This document shows positions 21,672-32,135 of a stretch of DNA of 64,000 nucleotides, one piece after another (the stretch's first letter is position 1; every line of letters begins with the position of its first letter). Source of the DNA: Entomortierella parvispora E1425 (lineage: Eukaryota; Fungi; Mortierellomycota); the NCBI GenBank assembly GCA_020891255.1, contig BQFW01000001.1:1054001-1118000 (forward strand), written 5' to 3'. The translations under genes and the position numbers were made by a program. The notes beneath the pieces were generated by a model, which saw only the letters and a list, made by a program, of their open reading frames with translations, was not told the origin of the DNA and ran no database searches.

Positions 21672-24600
21672 ATGCCACGCTTTCCCTGTCTCGCCCTTCT
21701 TTTCCTTTTCCTCTTTTCTCTTTCTCCCACGCTTGCATCCCCCTCTTCCTCTTCCTCTTCCTCTTCCTCACCTTCCGATCCCTCGCTCCTGGACGAGTCT
21801 CAGTCTGATCCCGCCCTCGCCCTCAACTTCTCTCTAACCCCACCCAACAGCCCTTTGCTCCAGCAACAACAGCACTTTTTTGCTGTGAACACGTCCCCGT
21901 CATCCGACTCTGAATCCGAATCTGCAGAGGAACATACATCCACAATGTGCAACAAGGCTGCCTCCAACCCCAACCGCGTGGTCCTCCCCACCAACGTCAC
22001 CCCCTCGCACTACACCCTCACCATCACCCCTGACTTCAAGGAATTCACCTTTGGCGGTTATGTCGAGATTGAGTAAGTACTTTTTTGTTTCTTTTTGTCC
22101 TGAGATTGTCTCACGAACGCGCGATATGCTGGTCTTGCTTAAGACAGGAAAGTCATGGAGGAAGAGTCGACGTGGATCGAGGAAGGATCAAGGAAGGATC
22201 GAGGATCAGCGGCATCTGTTTCACTATCTCGGGGACCCGGACTGATGCAAATATCAGGGCGAGACCCAGAGTAGGCGATTTGTTCTCGTTGGTTCTTTGG
22301 CTTGTGCAGAGACTTTTTTTATACTTTTTGTTGTGGACTTTGAGAACATAGAAAAAAATGAGAGCACACTCACAAGGCCGACATGAGAGAGGGAAAGTGT
22401 GCCATGAGAGACATGAGAGATGGGATGGAAAAAAGTCAATGGCGTCGCTGGCGTGAACAAGTGGCAGGGGATTGTGGAGGGAAGGCGGGGAAAGAAAAGG
22501 CGCATTGTACCGAAGGAGACAATGAGCTAACTATCGAACTCTTTCTATGCAGTTTGACCATCCATGAGGCCACCAAGACGGTCCAGATCAACACCAAGGA
22601 TCTCACCCTCAAGTCCACCGCCATCGAGATCGAGGGCAAGACGTAAGTGGGGGCACTGCCCCAGGTATCGCCAAAAAAGAAAGCAGCAAACAGACAAAAA
22701 GCTGATCCTGACCAAAACACCCCCTCTTTTCTTAGCCACGAGCCTACCGAGACCACTTTTGATGATCACCGCGATACTACCACCTTTACATTCGAGCACG
22801 AGCTCCCCAAGGGTGCCGCTGTCTTGCGTATCAACTACGATGGTATCTTGAGCGACAAAATGGCAGGTTTCTATCGCTCCTCCTACAAGGATGCTGAGGG
22901 CAACACCAAGTACATGGGCGTCACTCAGTTCGAGGCCACTGATGCCCGCCGTGCTTTCCCCTGCTGGGATGAGCCAGCTGCCAAGGCCACCTACACTATC
23001 TCCTTGGTTGTCCCCACTGAGCTTGTTGCTCTTTCCAACATGCCCGTTGCTGAGGTCACGCAGGTTGAGCCTGAGCAAAAGACTGTCGTTTTTGAGAAGA
23101 CCCCCATCATGTCGACCTACCTCGTTGCCTGGGCTGTCGGTGAGTTCGAGTACATTGAAACCACCACCTCCAAGTTGGAGAAGCCCGTTGTTTGCCGCGT
23201 TTACACTCTCCCCGGCTTGAGCGAACAGGGTCGCTTCGCTCTCGAGATCACCCCCAAGGTTCTCGAGTACTTCTCCGAGATTTTTGGAACTGCCTACCCC
23301 CTGCCCAAGTTGGATCACTTGGCCGTCCCTGATTTTGATGCCGGTGCCATGGAGAACTGGGGTCTTGTGACCTACCGTACTGTCGCTCTTCTTTTTGATG
23401 AGAAGACTTCGGACTTGCGCTTTAAGGAGCAGGTTGCTGTCACTGTTGCTCACGAAATCGCTCACCAATGGTTCGGAAACTTGGTCACTATGGAGTGGTG
23501 GGATCATCTCTGGCTTAACGAGGGATTCGCCACCTGGGTTGGAACCTTGGCTGTCGACCATCTCTTCCCCAAGTGGGACACCTGGTCAACTTTCGTTGTC
23601 GATGACATGCAGCGTGGCGTCGGTCTTGATTCTCTCCGCAGCTCTCACCCCATTGAGGTCCCTGTTGCCGACCCCCATGAGATTCACCAGATTTTCGATG
23701 CCATTTCCTACTCCAAGGGAGCTTCAGTTATCCGCATGTTGAGCAACTGGTTGACTGTTGATGTCTTCTTGGCTGGAATCCGTCGCTACCTTAAGAAGCA
23801 CATGTACCAGAATGCCACCACAGACGACCTCTGGAACGCTCTCTCTGATGAGTCCAAGATTGATGTCCGCGAGTTCATGAACACCTGGACCCGTGTCATT
23901 GGTGTGCCAATTTTGAACGTCACTGAGGCCGATGGTCTTGTCACTGTTGAGCAACACCGCTTCTTGTCCACCAACGATGTCAAGCCTGAGGAGGATGAGA
24001 CTGTCTGGTGGGTTCCTTTGGGCGTTCACCCCAAGCCTGCTTCAATTGTCGACCCCAACCAGACCCTGAAGACTCGCTCTATTTCCTTTGAGGTTCCCGA
24101 AGGCGCCTACTTGTTCAACAAGGACTACAGCGGTGTCTTCCGTACCAACTACCCCCCTACCGCTATTAGCCGTATTGGTAAGGCAATCTTGGAGGGTTCT
24201 GACTTGGTCGGATTGAGCGACCGCGCTGGTCTCGTTGCCGATATTGCCTCGTTGTCCAAGTCTGGTCATACTGCCACCGCCAACTTCTTGGATCTTGTTC
24301 AGTACTACAAGAACGAGGAGACCTATGTTGTCTGGGAGCTTTTGGCTGGCCGTGTTGGTGAAATCGCCTCCATCTTTGCTGACGATGAACGTATTAACCA
24401 GGGTATTAAGCACTTCCAGCGCAACTTGGTTGACCGCATGGTCTCCAAGCTCGGATGGGAGTTCCCCGAGGGCGAGGACTACCTCACCAGCCGTCTCCGT
24501 AACGTTATTCTCCGCAGTGCCGGTCGTGCAGGTCATGAGGCTACTGTTGCCGAGGCCAAGCGTCGTTTCGCCCTTTTCGTCTCTGACCCCGCTCATGATT

Positions 24601-25136
24601 CCATCTTGCACCCCTCCATCCGCCAGACTGCTTTCGAGATTGTCTTGTCTCAGGGAGGAGAGGAGGAGTTCCGTCACGTTCTCAAGTACTTCCATGCTGC
24701 TCCCAAGCAGGACCAGCAGGTGATTGCTCTCTTGGCGCTCGGATACGTCCAGCAGCCTGAGCTCATTGCCGAGGTGCAGGCTTTGGCCATCTCTGAGGCC
24801 GTCCGCCCTCAGGATATCTTCTACGTCCTCGCAGGTCTCTCGTCCAACCCTGCCTCCCGTCGCCCTACTTGGGAGTGGGTTAAGGCTAACTGGACCCAGC
24901 TTTCTAACCGTTACAAGTCCTCCATGTCGATGTTGGGAGCCTGTGTCAAGTACCCTCTTTCCCAGTCCTCGGATGTTGCTTTGATCAAGGAGGTCAAGGA
25001 GTTCTTCGCTGACAAGGATACCAAGGATTTCCAGCGCGCTCTTGATCAGGCTATCGAGGGTCTCGATGTCAACTCTGCTTGGGTTGCTCGTGAGCAGCAG
25101 GGCCTCTCTGAGTGGTTGACCTTGAACAAGTACTAA
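21672..25136 (+). CDS. APE2: M1 zinc aminopeptidase (puromycin-sensitive/Ape2-like), 3 exons, with optional N-terminal signal-peptide extension
   Basis: Exons 21672-22072, 22553-~22641, 22736-25136. Motifs R..LP..V.PSHY, MGVTQFEATDARRAFPCWDEP, GAMENWG, HEIAHQWFGNLVTMEWWDHLWLNEGFA (HEXXH-X18-E), ISYSKGASVIRML, and an ERAP1-like C-terminal domain. Strong C/T-ending codon bias in the core. In-frame ATGs at 21672 and 21945. Confidence 0.97.
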
Positions 25137-25748
25137 AGTCTCTACACCTCGACACCACTTCAGCGACGTATTATACCAATCAAAGAGAAAACCAAACAAC
25201 GAAAAAAAAAAAGATATTTCAGCAACTTCAAGACTTGTACATACAAAATGGAATAAAACTACATCGTTATCGCATTTCATTTCAACATTCGCTGCTGTGC
25301 TTGCCCACACCTGCTGATTGTCTATTGATTTTCCTGTCGGGTCGACGATTGTTGACCATGACCACCATTGACACGCCGTCTCTCAGGACATTGTGATTCA
25401 TCAAAATTAAAGCCAAAGGGTAAAGGGGCGAGCCCATAGATTACCCACGTCCTCCTCAGCACCCTCGCTTCTCCATGATTGCCTGAACTCCGGTGAGTCG
25501 GCCAGAGTCGACAGAGTCAGACTGGCAATGGATATCAAGGGCGGCGCTAATACAGTATGTGAGGGACTTCGAATGAAGACGAGATGAATTAACTGATACA
25601 TGGGCTCTCCTCAGTGGCAGTGCTCGCTTCTTCTCAACAAGATGCAGCCACGTTGCGGGAACATGTCTTGATGGAGACTCATTCACCTCGCATCTTTTTT
25701 TATACCTCTTTATGCCTTTCCCTCTCTGTCTCCTCCTCGCATATCACA

Positions 25749-27647
25749 ATGTATTTTCACCAACTACAACCTGCTCCCTTGGACCTTCCAGAGATCACTG
25801 ACCGTATCCGTGCCGACCTCACTTTGGCTGATATCCGGAAATGCGTCCTCGTCTCATCCAACTGGAACAAGACCTTCTGGCCCTTTCTCTGGGAAACCAT
25901 GTACTATAATCGTTTCGCAGAGCGCCAAAAGGACTCTAAAAACGATCCTTTCCTTCGTCGGAACGGACAATTGGTCCGCAAGCTCTTCACATTTGGTTTG
26001 GATGATCAGGATATGATAACAATCGCTAAGTATTGTTCCGGTCTGACCTTTTTCCATCTTGAGATTGCAAGAATGACCGAAACCTATTCCTTCCGAGACC
26101 TCTTTACACGCCTGAATCGACTGCAACAGCTCGTCCTGAGGGTATCGAACGCCCATGGGAGATCTCCTGTCCAAAGAGCAATTCTAGATCCAATTGCCAA
26201 TGGAGCGTTGGCACAGCTCACTGAACTTCAGATTATCGGTCTTGCGAGCTTCCAGACCCTGCCCGCATATCAGTCGGGGATGCTCCTGAGGTGCTTAGAA
26301 GGCTGTCCATTATTGAAGACATTGGAATTGGGATATATCCGGGTTGTGGACACTGAGCAAGAGTGGTTGGATGCTCTCAACAACGCATTCAGCTTTGTAG
26401 AAAGATCGCGTCGGGATCTGAACAAGTCGGCGCCCTTGCAGGCTGCTGTCGTAAAAGAATTGCAGTCACTCAACACGACCCCTGATCCTGAATTCAAGAA
26501 TTTGTCTGTAAGAGTCCTTCGCCTTTGGAACGTCTATGGGCAGTCAACGATCGCCGGTGCGTTTGCATGCAATCTTATCCAGCGCTGTCCAAACGTGACC
26601 GTTCTATCTTTTAAAGATGCGCCTGTCGACATGGACACTCTGACGACTGGTTGTCCACAACTGGAGTTCTTCAAATTGGATCTTTTGAGCTATCCTGGCA
26701 CGCCAGCCTACCAGAGATTTATTACCCAGCCTCCGCCAAAACTGCAGCGTCTGTGTCTGCGTGGATGTCAGATGTTGACAGATGCCATGATGACCGAGGA
26801 CTTGACGACCATTCTGACACAGCAGGGTCTAAGGTGTCTGGAGATGGCCTTGTGTGAGGGCATTTCAGCTGAAGGACTGGTCCGATTTGTGGCCCGATGC
26901 CACACATTGGAAAATGTTTGGGTCGACCGCCTTTTAGTGAACCCTGGATCGTTTCATGAACAGAAACGGTGGCCATCGCGATCGCGGGGTGATCACATGG
27001 GCGATCCTTCGGAGTCACTCGCTGGGTGTAGGATCGTGGAGTCAATTCGGTGGCGGTGCCTAGGAATCCGATATTTGGATGTCTATGGCATTCGTGGTGA
27101 TCAGAATTCGTTTGAAAATGTCCTCTTGGACCTCTTGCCGAGACTAGAGGGCCTTAACTTCTTGGGAATGCGGACAGAGCACGTTGAATGGCTGATGGAA
27201 ATGGAGCCACTGAGGGACAGACACGGCACTGTCATTGATCTAAAAAGTGATTCTCATCTCCCCGCAGCTCTGAAAGAAGGGTTATTGCCGCGATTGGTCG
27301 TCATGTTTGGTTCCATCAAGACACTTTCGCTCGACCCAACAGACAGGAGAGGGGACAGCTACAGCGACAGAACAGATATTCAAAGAAACTCACGGTCTTC
27401 TTACAAGAGATCTGTCATACTCACTCTGGAGCAAGTAATGTATCTCCACTACATGTTTCCAACATTGGAGAGGATAGTTTACAATGGAAGTACATTTCCT
27501 TGTGCGCAAAACGCATGGGATTGGCTCAGTGTCTCGGAGGCGGTATCCGTCCAGGAACAGCACATCAAACCAAACCAAGGACGAAGAACAATCAAGGTGC
27601 TATATCGTTCCCAAGAAGAGACTGACGCCGCTCTTTGGGAATATTAG
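25749..27647 (+). CDS. F-box-like / degenerate LRR (RNI-like) protein, intronless
   Basis: MYFHQLQPAPLDLPEITDRIRADLTLADIRKCVLVSSNWNKTFWPFLW is an F-box-like motif. It is followed by CP.L..L repeats (GCPLLKTLEL, RCPNVTVLSF, GCPQLEFFKL) and WRCLGIRYL. Confidence 0.8.
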   Translation: MYFHQLQPAPLDLPEITDRIRADLTLADIRKCVLVSSNWNKTFWPFLWETMYYNRFAERQKDSKNDPFLRRNGQLVRKLFTFGLDDQDMITIAKYCSGLTFFHLEIARMTETYSFRDLFTRLNRLQQLVLRVSNAHGRSPVQRAILDPIANGALAQLTELQIIGLASFQTLPAYQSGMLLRCLEGCPLLKTLELGYIRVVDTEQEWLDALNNAFSFVERSRRDLNKSAPLQAAVVKELQSLNTTPDPEFKNLSVRVLRLWNVYGQSTIAGAFACNLIQRCPNVTVLSFKDAPVDMDTLTTGCPQLEFFKLDLLSYPGTPAYQRFITQPPPKLQRLCLRGCQMLTDAMMTEDLTTILTQQGLRCLEMALCEGISAEGLVRFVARCHTLENVWVDRLLVNPGSFHEQKRWPSRSRGDHMGDPSESLAGCRIVESIRWRCLGIRYLDVYGIRGDQNSFENVLLDLLPRLEGLNFLGMRTEHVEWLMEMEPLRDRHGTVIDLKSDSHLPAALKEGLLPRLVVMFGSIKTLSLDPTDRRGDSYSDRTDIQRNSRSSYKRSVILTLEQVMYLHYMFPTLERIVYNGSTFPCAQNAWDWLSVSEAVSVQEQHIKPNQGRRTIKVLYRSQEETDAALWEY

Positions 27648-27777
27648 GCCAAGAAATATGTTAAAGAAAAAAAATCGATAGTAAAAAAAAAGTATCCTTG
27701 TGATGAGTGACAGGCGGTGAACAGTGCGACTCTTTTCGCATCTTTTACTAAAGTTTCCACAGCATCATATGGGTGAC

Positions 27778-28403
27778 TTAATGCTTGCTGAGGAACTTCT
27801 TGAAAGCTTCCGCCAATGCCTCTTGGGGAGGAGAGGTCTTAAGAACGCCAGGCTGGTTCAGGGCAGCGCGGTATCAGGGGAAAAAAATTCCAGCTTTTGA
27901 ATTCTCTCTTCAAATTCCCTCTCAGGGATTTCTTCATTTTCAACCAACCAGAAGACCAAAACTAAACGAACCAAAAATGGAGCCAACACGAGCGCCACAC
28001 TGATGAACAAAGTAGCACGTTTGCGCTCTCTGGAGTGCATCTGTGGGCATGAGACTAAGAAAAAGGACAAACGGGCGATTAGACAAACTGTTGGAGTAGG
28101 GTGTGAGAAAAAGAGCCGATTGGCGGTAACCAGTTTATACTTTGCTTCAGGGTGCAAGTCTGAGAAGTATTCTGCCACAAAGAGAGACTCAAGCACAATC
28201 TGCTCGCCTCCTTAGCCACCCGGGATTTTAAGAGCTGGCGTTTGACAGTATGGGTTGATCTTGCGGTACCAATCTGGACGAGGGACCGCCAAATCAATTT
28301 CAACCACCTCAACGTCTTTGTGGCCAGTCTCTAAGGCTAAAAAAGCGCGTGCAGCGTAAGGGCAGATGGTGTTATTTTGCAGGGTGAACTTTTGGGTGGT
28401 CAG
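27778..28403 (-). pseudogene. Disabled glutathione S-transferase (omega-like, CPYA active site)
   Basis: Reads (CTG)TTQKFTLQNNTICPYAARAFLALETGHKDVEVVEIDLAVPRPDWYRKINPYCQTPALK, then a frameshift plus TAA (28212-28214), then IVLESLFVAEYFSDLHPEA. An intact 86-nt intron (28140-28055) follows, then LMPTDALQRAQTCYFVHQ, a frame jump to LVLAPFLVRL, a further frameshift plus TGA, and YRAALNQPGVLKTSPPQEALAEAFKKFLSKH*. No ATG is present. Confidence 0.8.
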
Positions 28404-28702
28404 TGCGTTTGAGATGTGGAGAGAGAGTCTTCGGTGATTGAGGGGAACACAAGAGAAGGGTGAGAGAAGAGTGTCAAAATGAAGAGATTGCGACTCATAT
28501 TGCTAGTCTTATAAGAATCCCAATGGACATTATTCACCCCACTGTGGTCTAGATCTTAACGTTCAACACAAGGCTCTATTCGAGAAACGTTTGTGGATCT
28601 CGATCGTGGGGAAGCAAAGGACGCGCGTATCTTCTTTATTTTTTGTATGCATTGAGATGGCACTGTTCGTGCTTATATTAGTAATAGGCATTGAATCCCT
28701 CC

Positions 28703-31117
28703 TTATAGCTTGGCCTTGCCACTGACAACGCGAATATGTTCAGCGGATGAGAAGGGCTTATAAGATTGGCCATCCAACCACAGCATCTCATCCTTAATCT
28801 TGGTAGGGTCCATGCCTTCGTTGACGAGCTCAACCTTGCGTTGTTTGAATGTACCGGTAATCTCCATTGCAGGCACCTTGCGGATAAAGATGGGCACAGA
28901 GTACTTTGGGAGGTTCTTGAGGGCGAACTTTGCGAAGTGGTCCCAGTTCATAGTATCCTTGGAGACAATGGCAGCCATGCCAGCACGACCGTCATGACCA
29001 GGGATCTGAACTCCATAAATGTTGACCTCGACGCAATCTGGGTAGGTCGAGAGAACCTCTGAGACCTCGGCTGTAGAGACGTTCTCTGACTTCCAGCGGA
29101 AGGTATCACCAACGCGATCGCCGAAATAAAAGTATCCATCACTGTCACGACGGAGGATATCACCGGTACGGAAGTACTGGTCGCCGATCTTGAACGCATC
29201 TGTCACCACCTTTTTGCTGTTTGCGCTAGCGTTCTTGTGGTAACCCTGGAATGCGCGTGTGGGATCAGTCGAGTCAATCTGGGTCAAGAGCTCACCAGGC
29301 TCGTCGGCCTTGCACTCGATGCACCGACCGTTCTTATCGCGGATCAACTCCTCGGTCTGGATATTGAATTTGGCAATCTTCAAGCCCTTGTCTACAGAGC
29401 GGGCCAGCGATCCACGATATCCAATGGCTCCAGCGCCGTTAGGTCCAGTGTTGTAGTTGGTCAGAATACCGGTTCCTTCTGTGCTCGCATACCACTCTCC
29501 GATCAATGGGATTCCGAAGCGATCCCGGAATCGGTTCCAGACGTCTGGTCGCATTCCGTTTCCATGGGCCATACGAATGGTGTGGACCTTATCCAAGGCT
29601 GACTCGGGGGCATTGAGCAAGTATCTGCAAATCTCTCCGATGTACTGGATAACAGTGACTTTGTTAGCTCGGCATTCGTCCCAGAAAGTCGATACAGAGA
29701 ACTTGCGTGCCAACACCACGGTTGCACCTGTCACCCATGCGACGCAGATTCCAAGCACGGCTCCTGCACTGTGATAAAGTGGGAGAGCAATATAAAGGCG
29801 ATCCTTTTCGCTAAAGTGGTAGAATGAGGTCCAAAACAGCGCAGCGACTATTTGAAGATCGGGAAGAAGGCATCAGTAATCGCTTCAGCCTGCATTGCTT
29901 CATAAGAGCCATAAAAGGTTCTGCTAGTTGTTTACCGTTTGCGCGGGAGTGTGAGAAACGTCCGGCCTTGGGGAGACCAGTCGTTCCTGAAGTGTAGATC
30001 AACATGGCGAGATCGTTGGCGGTGGTCTTTTTGCGGAGACTCCTGGGCAAAGCCGCGTCAGAGATATGCGACAAGTCAATGGGGGTTGCGAAAGAGTGCT
30101 GTTGAGGGCCACCATAGGAGTAGATCGTGTATCCCATTTCAAGAACTTCGTCCAGGACATTTTGGATAGGTACTGGCAACTCTGTGTCCATGATGAGCAT
30201 CGTGGCGGTCGCCGTGCGAAGAGAGTGAGTGAGGGGTTTTCCAGCCAAGTTGGTGTTGATGAAGGCGCCGGTGGCTCCAATCTTGTTCAGACCTAGCCAG
30301 CAGAACAGGAACTCTGGCTTGTTCTGCATAAACAGTGATACAATCTCTCCACGCTTGACTCCTTTGGACAACAACCAATTTCCAACCCTATTGGATTCTT
30401 TCAAGTTCAAGTTCAGGTTCAAAAAAAAAAAAAAAAAAAAAAAACGCTGTCAGTCTAAAGAAAATTATTTTGTCACTTTGCCCAAAAGTAGCGAAACATC
30501 GAAACTCAGAATCGTTTTGGCATTGAAGGAGAAGGGGCAGGTCTGATCTTGAGTGCTTACCTCGCTGAATATCCTGGAAAGTGTACGACTTGCCCTCAAA
30601 GACCAATGCCTCACGGTTTGGATGCTTCTTGCAGGTCTCCTCAAAGCGATACGAGATGTTGATGGTGTCATTCTTTTCGAACGATCTGTAGCCTAGCTTG
30701 GCATTGATCAAGCCCTTTCCAAGCTTAGCGTCGCGAGGGATCGCAAGCTTGGAGCCTACGTACATGGCCGCGGGAATGGTGGCGGCAGCGATGGTTGGGA
30801 CACCTGCAAAAGAGGGAGGGACGGGCGAAGTGACAGGGCAGATCATCAGAGTTAGTGGCGTGTTTCGTGTGCAATACAAATAAGCATGGAGGCAGGGCCA
30901 GACTGGGCATCGTATGGAGCAAATGAGAGCGAGGATGGAGATCATTGTCCGCACGGTGCCCTAGATTATTGCTAATGAAAGCGCCATGAGGAGGTCAACC
31001 ATCGCTGTAGCCCGATCCTGCATTCTTTCAATCGGCGTCCGAGGTGGACCTGTTATCCAAGTGTAGCTGGAAGATCGGTGGCTTTTCATCTTTGTGTTTC
31101 GGGCACTCACCAGCCAT
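28703..31117 (-). CDS. FAT1: Fatty acid transport protein / very-long-chain acyl-CoA synthetase (FATP), 4 exons, 7-nt first coding exon
   Basis: Exons 31117-31111 (ATG GCT G|gtgagt), 30803-30561, 30397-29936, 29847-28703. AMP-binding motif IYTSGTTGLPKA, plus YASTEG and the FATP signature GDQYFRTGDILRRD..GYFYFGDRVGDTFRWKSENVSTAEV. Confidence 0.97.
30421..30444 (+). repeat. Poly(A)24 tract inside FAT1 intron 2 (polypyrimidine tract on the coding strand)
   Basis: 24 consecutive A, ending just upstream (on the minus strand) of the acceptor at 30398. Confidence 0.9.
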
Positions 31118-32135
31118 AGTTTTAGATCAAAGTCTGGATGTGAACTGGAGGAAGTGGTGCGTTAGATGAGAGGGGAGGGAGGATCCAGCAGGGAAGGAAG
31201 GATGGAGCAACTGGCTAGCACAGAAGAGAAGAGAGAAGCACGAGGACAGATGGGCCTTTATAAAGCGAACAGATCCAAGCCAAGACAGCGATGATGATGG
31301 TAGCGGAGAGGAGTGAAGGGGTGCTCTCCTCTTGAGTTCTATCTTAGAGGTTTAACGTGAGTAAGAAACTGCCTCTTCTCCTTGCTAAAGCGGCCGCTGC
31401 TCGCAGCTGTTTGCACGAGGCGGAATCCGTGGGTTAAGCAGAGTCGGTGGAGGTTCTGATGCTCAGACCATGCCAAGAAAGCGGTCGTGCCTGACGTGAG
31501 TCGAGCCCTCCAATTGCCACAGGCACACGCGCCACTGGTCGGCATCATGTTGCCCCTCGGCTGGGTATATGTTCAGGACAGCCCTCACTCTGCACCCAAC
31601 CCCTGTCCGTTCCGCACGCCACTGCTGACTACGTTTGTCTGGTGTCCATTACTGACCCCAGGATCTACCTGAACACCATCCGGTGTCTTCTCCGGCCGGA
31701 AATCCGAACCATGAGGCCCTCTCGGTTCGCATGGACCTGTGAGCCGGGCCAGTGACGACTCGCTGCAGCCGTGGAACACACATGATTGTCCTGAGCCTTC
31801 TTTCCAAAAAAAAAATAATACTAATGAGCCGCTTGGGGTTGCTGGATAAGCCCCTGAGCCGCTGCTGCAGGGAGGAGACAGCGATCCAGAAGCACCAACC
31901 CACTGTATCATAGTTTCATCGTGTCGTGGTGGTAAGAAAAAGTGCCGTTCCGTACAGTACCTCGGTGTGCTGCGGCAAGAACTCCACATTGACCGCAGCC
32001 CAAGATCCTAAATGCATTCAAATGGCAGTGAACACAACGAATGGGGGCACAGCAGAAGCAGACGTTTATATACTAAGCCCGTGGACCAGCGCTTCCTTCA
32101 GACCACTTCCCAAACCCCGCAGCTCTTCCGTCAGA

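Noticed and set aside
22545-25310. Long antisense ORFs (338 aa at 22545-23561 and 422 aa at 24042-25310) opposite the aminopeptidase
   Set aside because: Shadow ORFs expected from the strong codon bias of a highly expressed gene. No motifs, and they lie almost entirely opposite a clearly real CDS.
25614-25748. ORF-track N-terminal extensions of F-box and other genes (also 31926, 51820, 47568, 34412, 63061)
   Set aside because: Non-ATG starts through CT-rich leader sequence; downstream ATGs fit the family N-termini better.
28204-28223. Possible 20-nt GT..AG micro-intron that would restore the frame in the GST pseudogene
   Set aside because: Too short for the introns seen here, and the gene has several other independent lesions.
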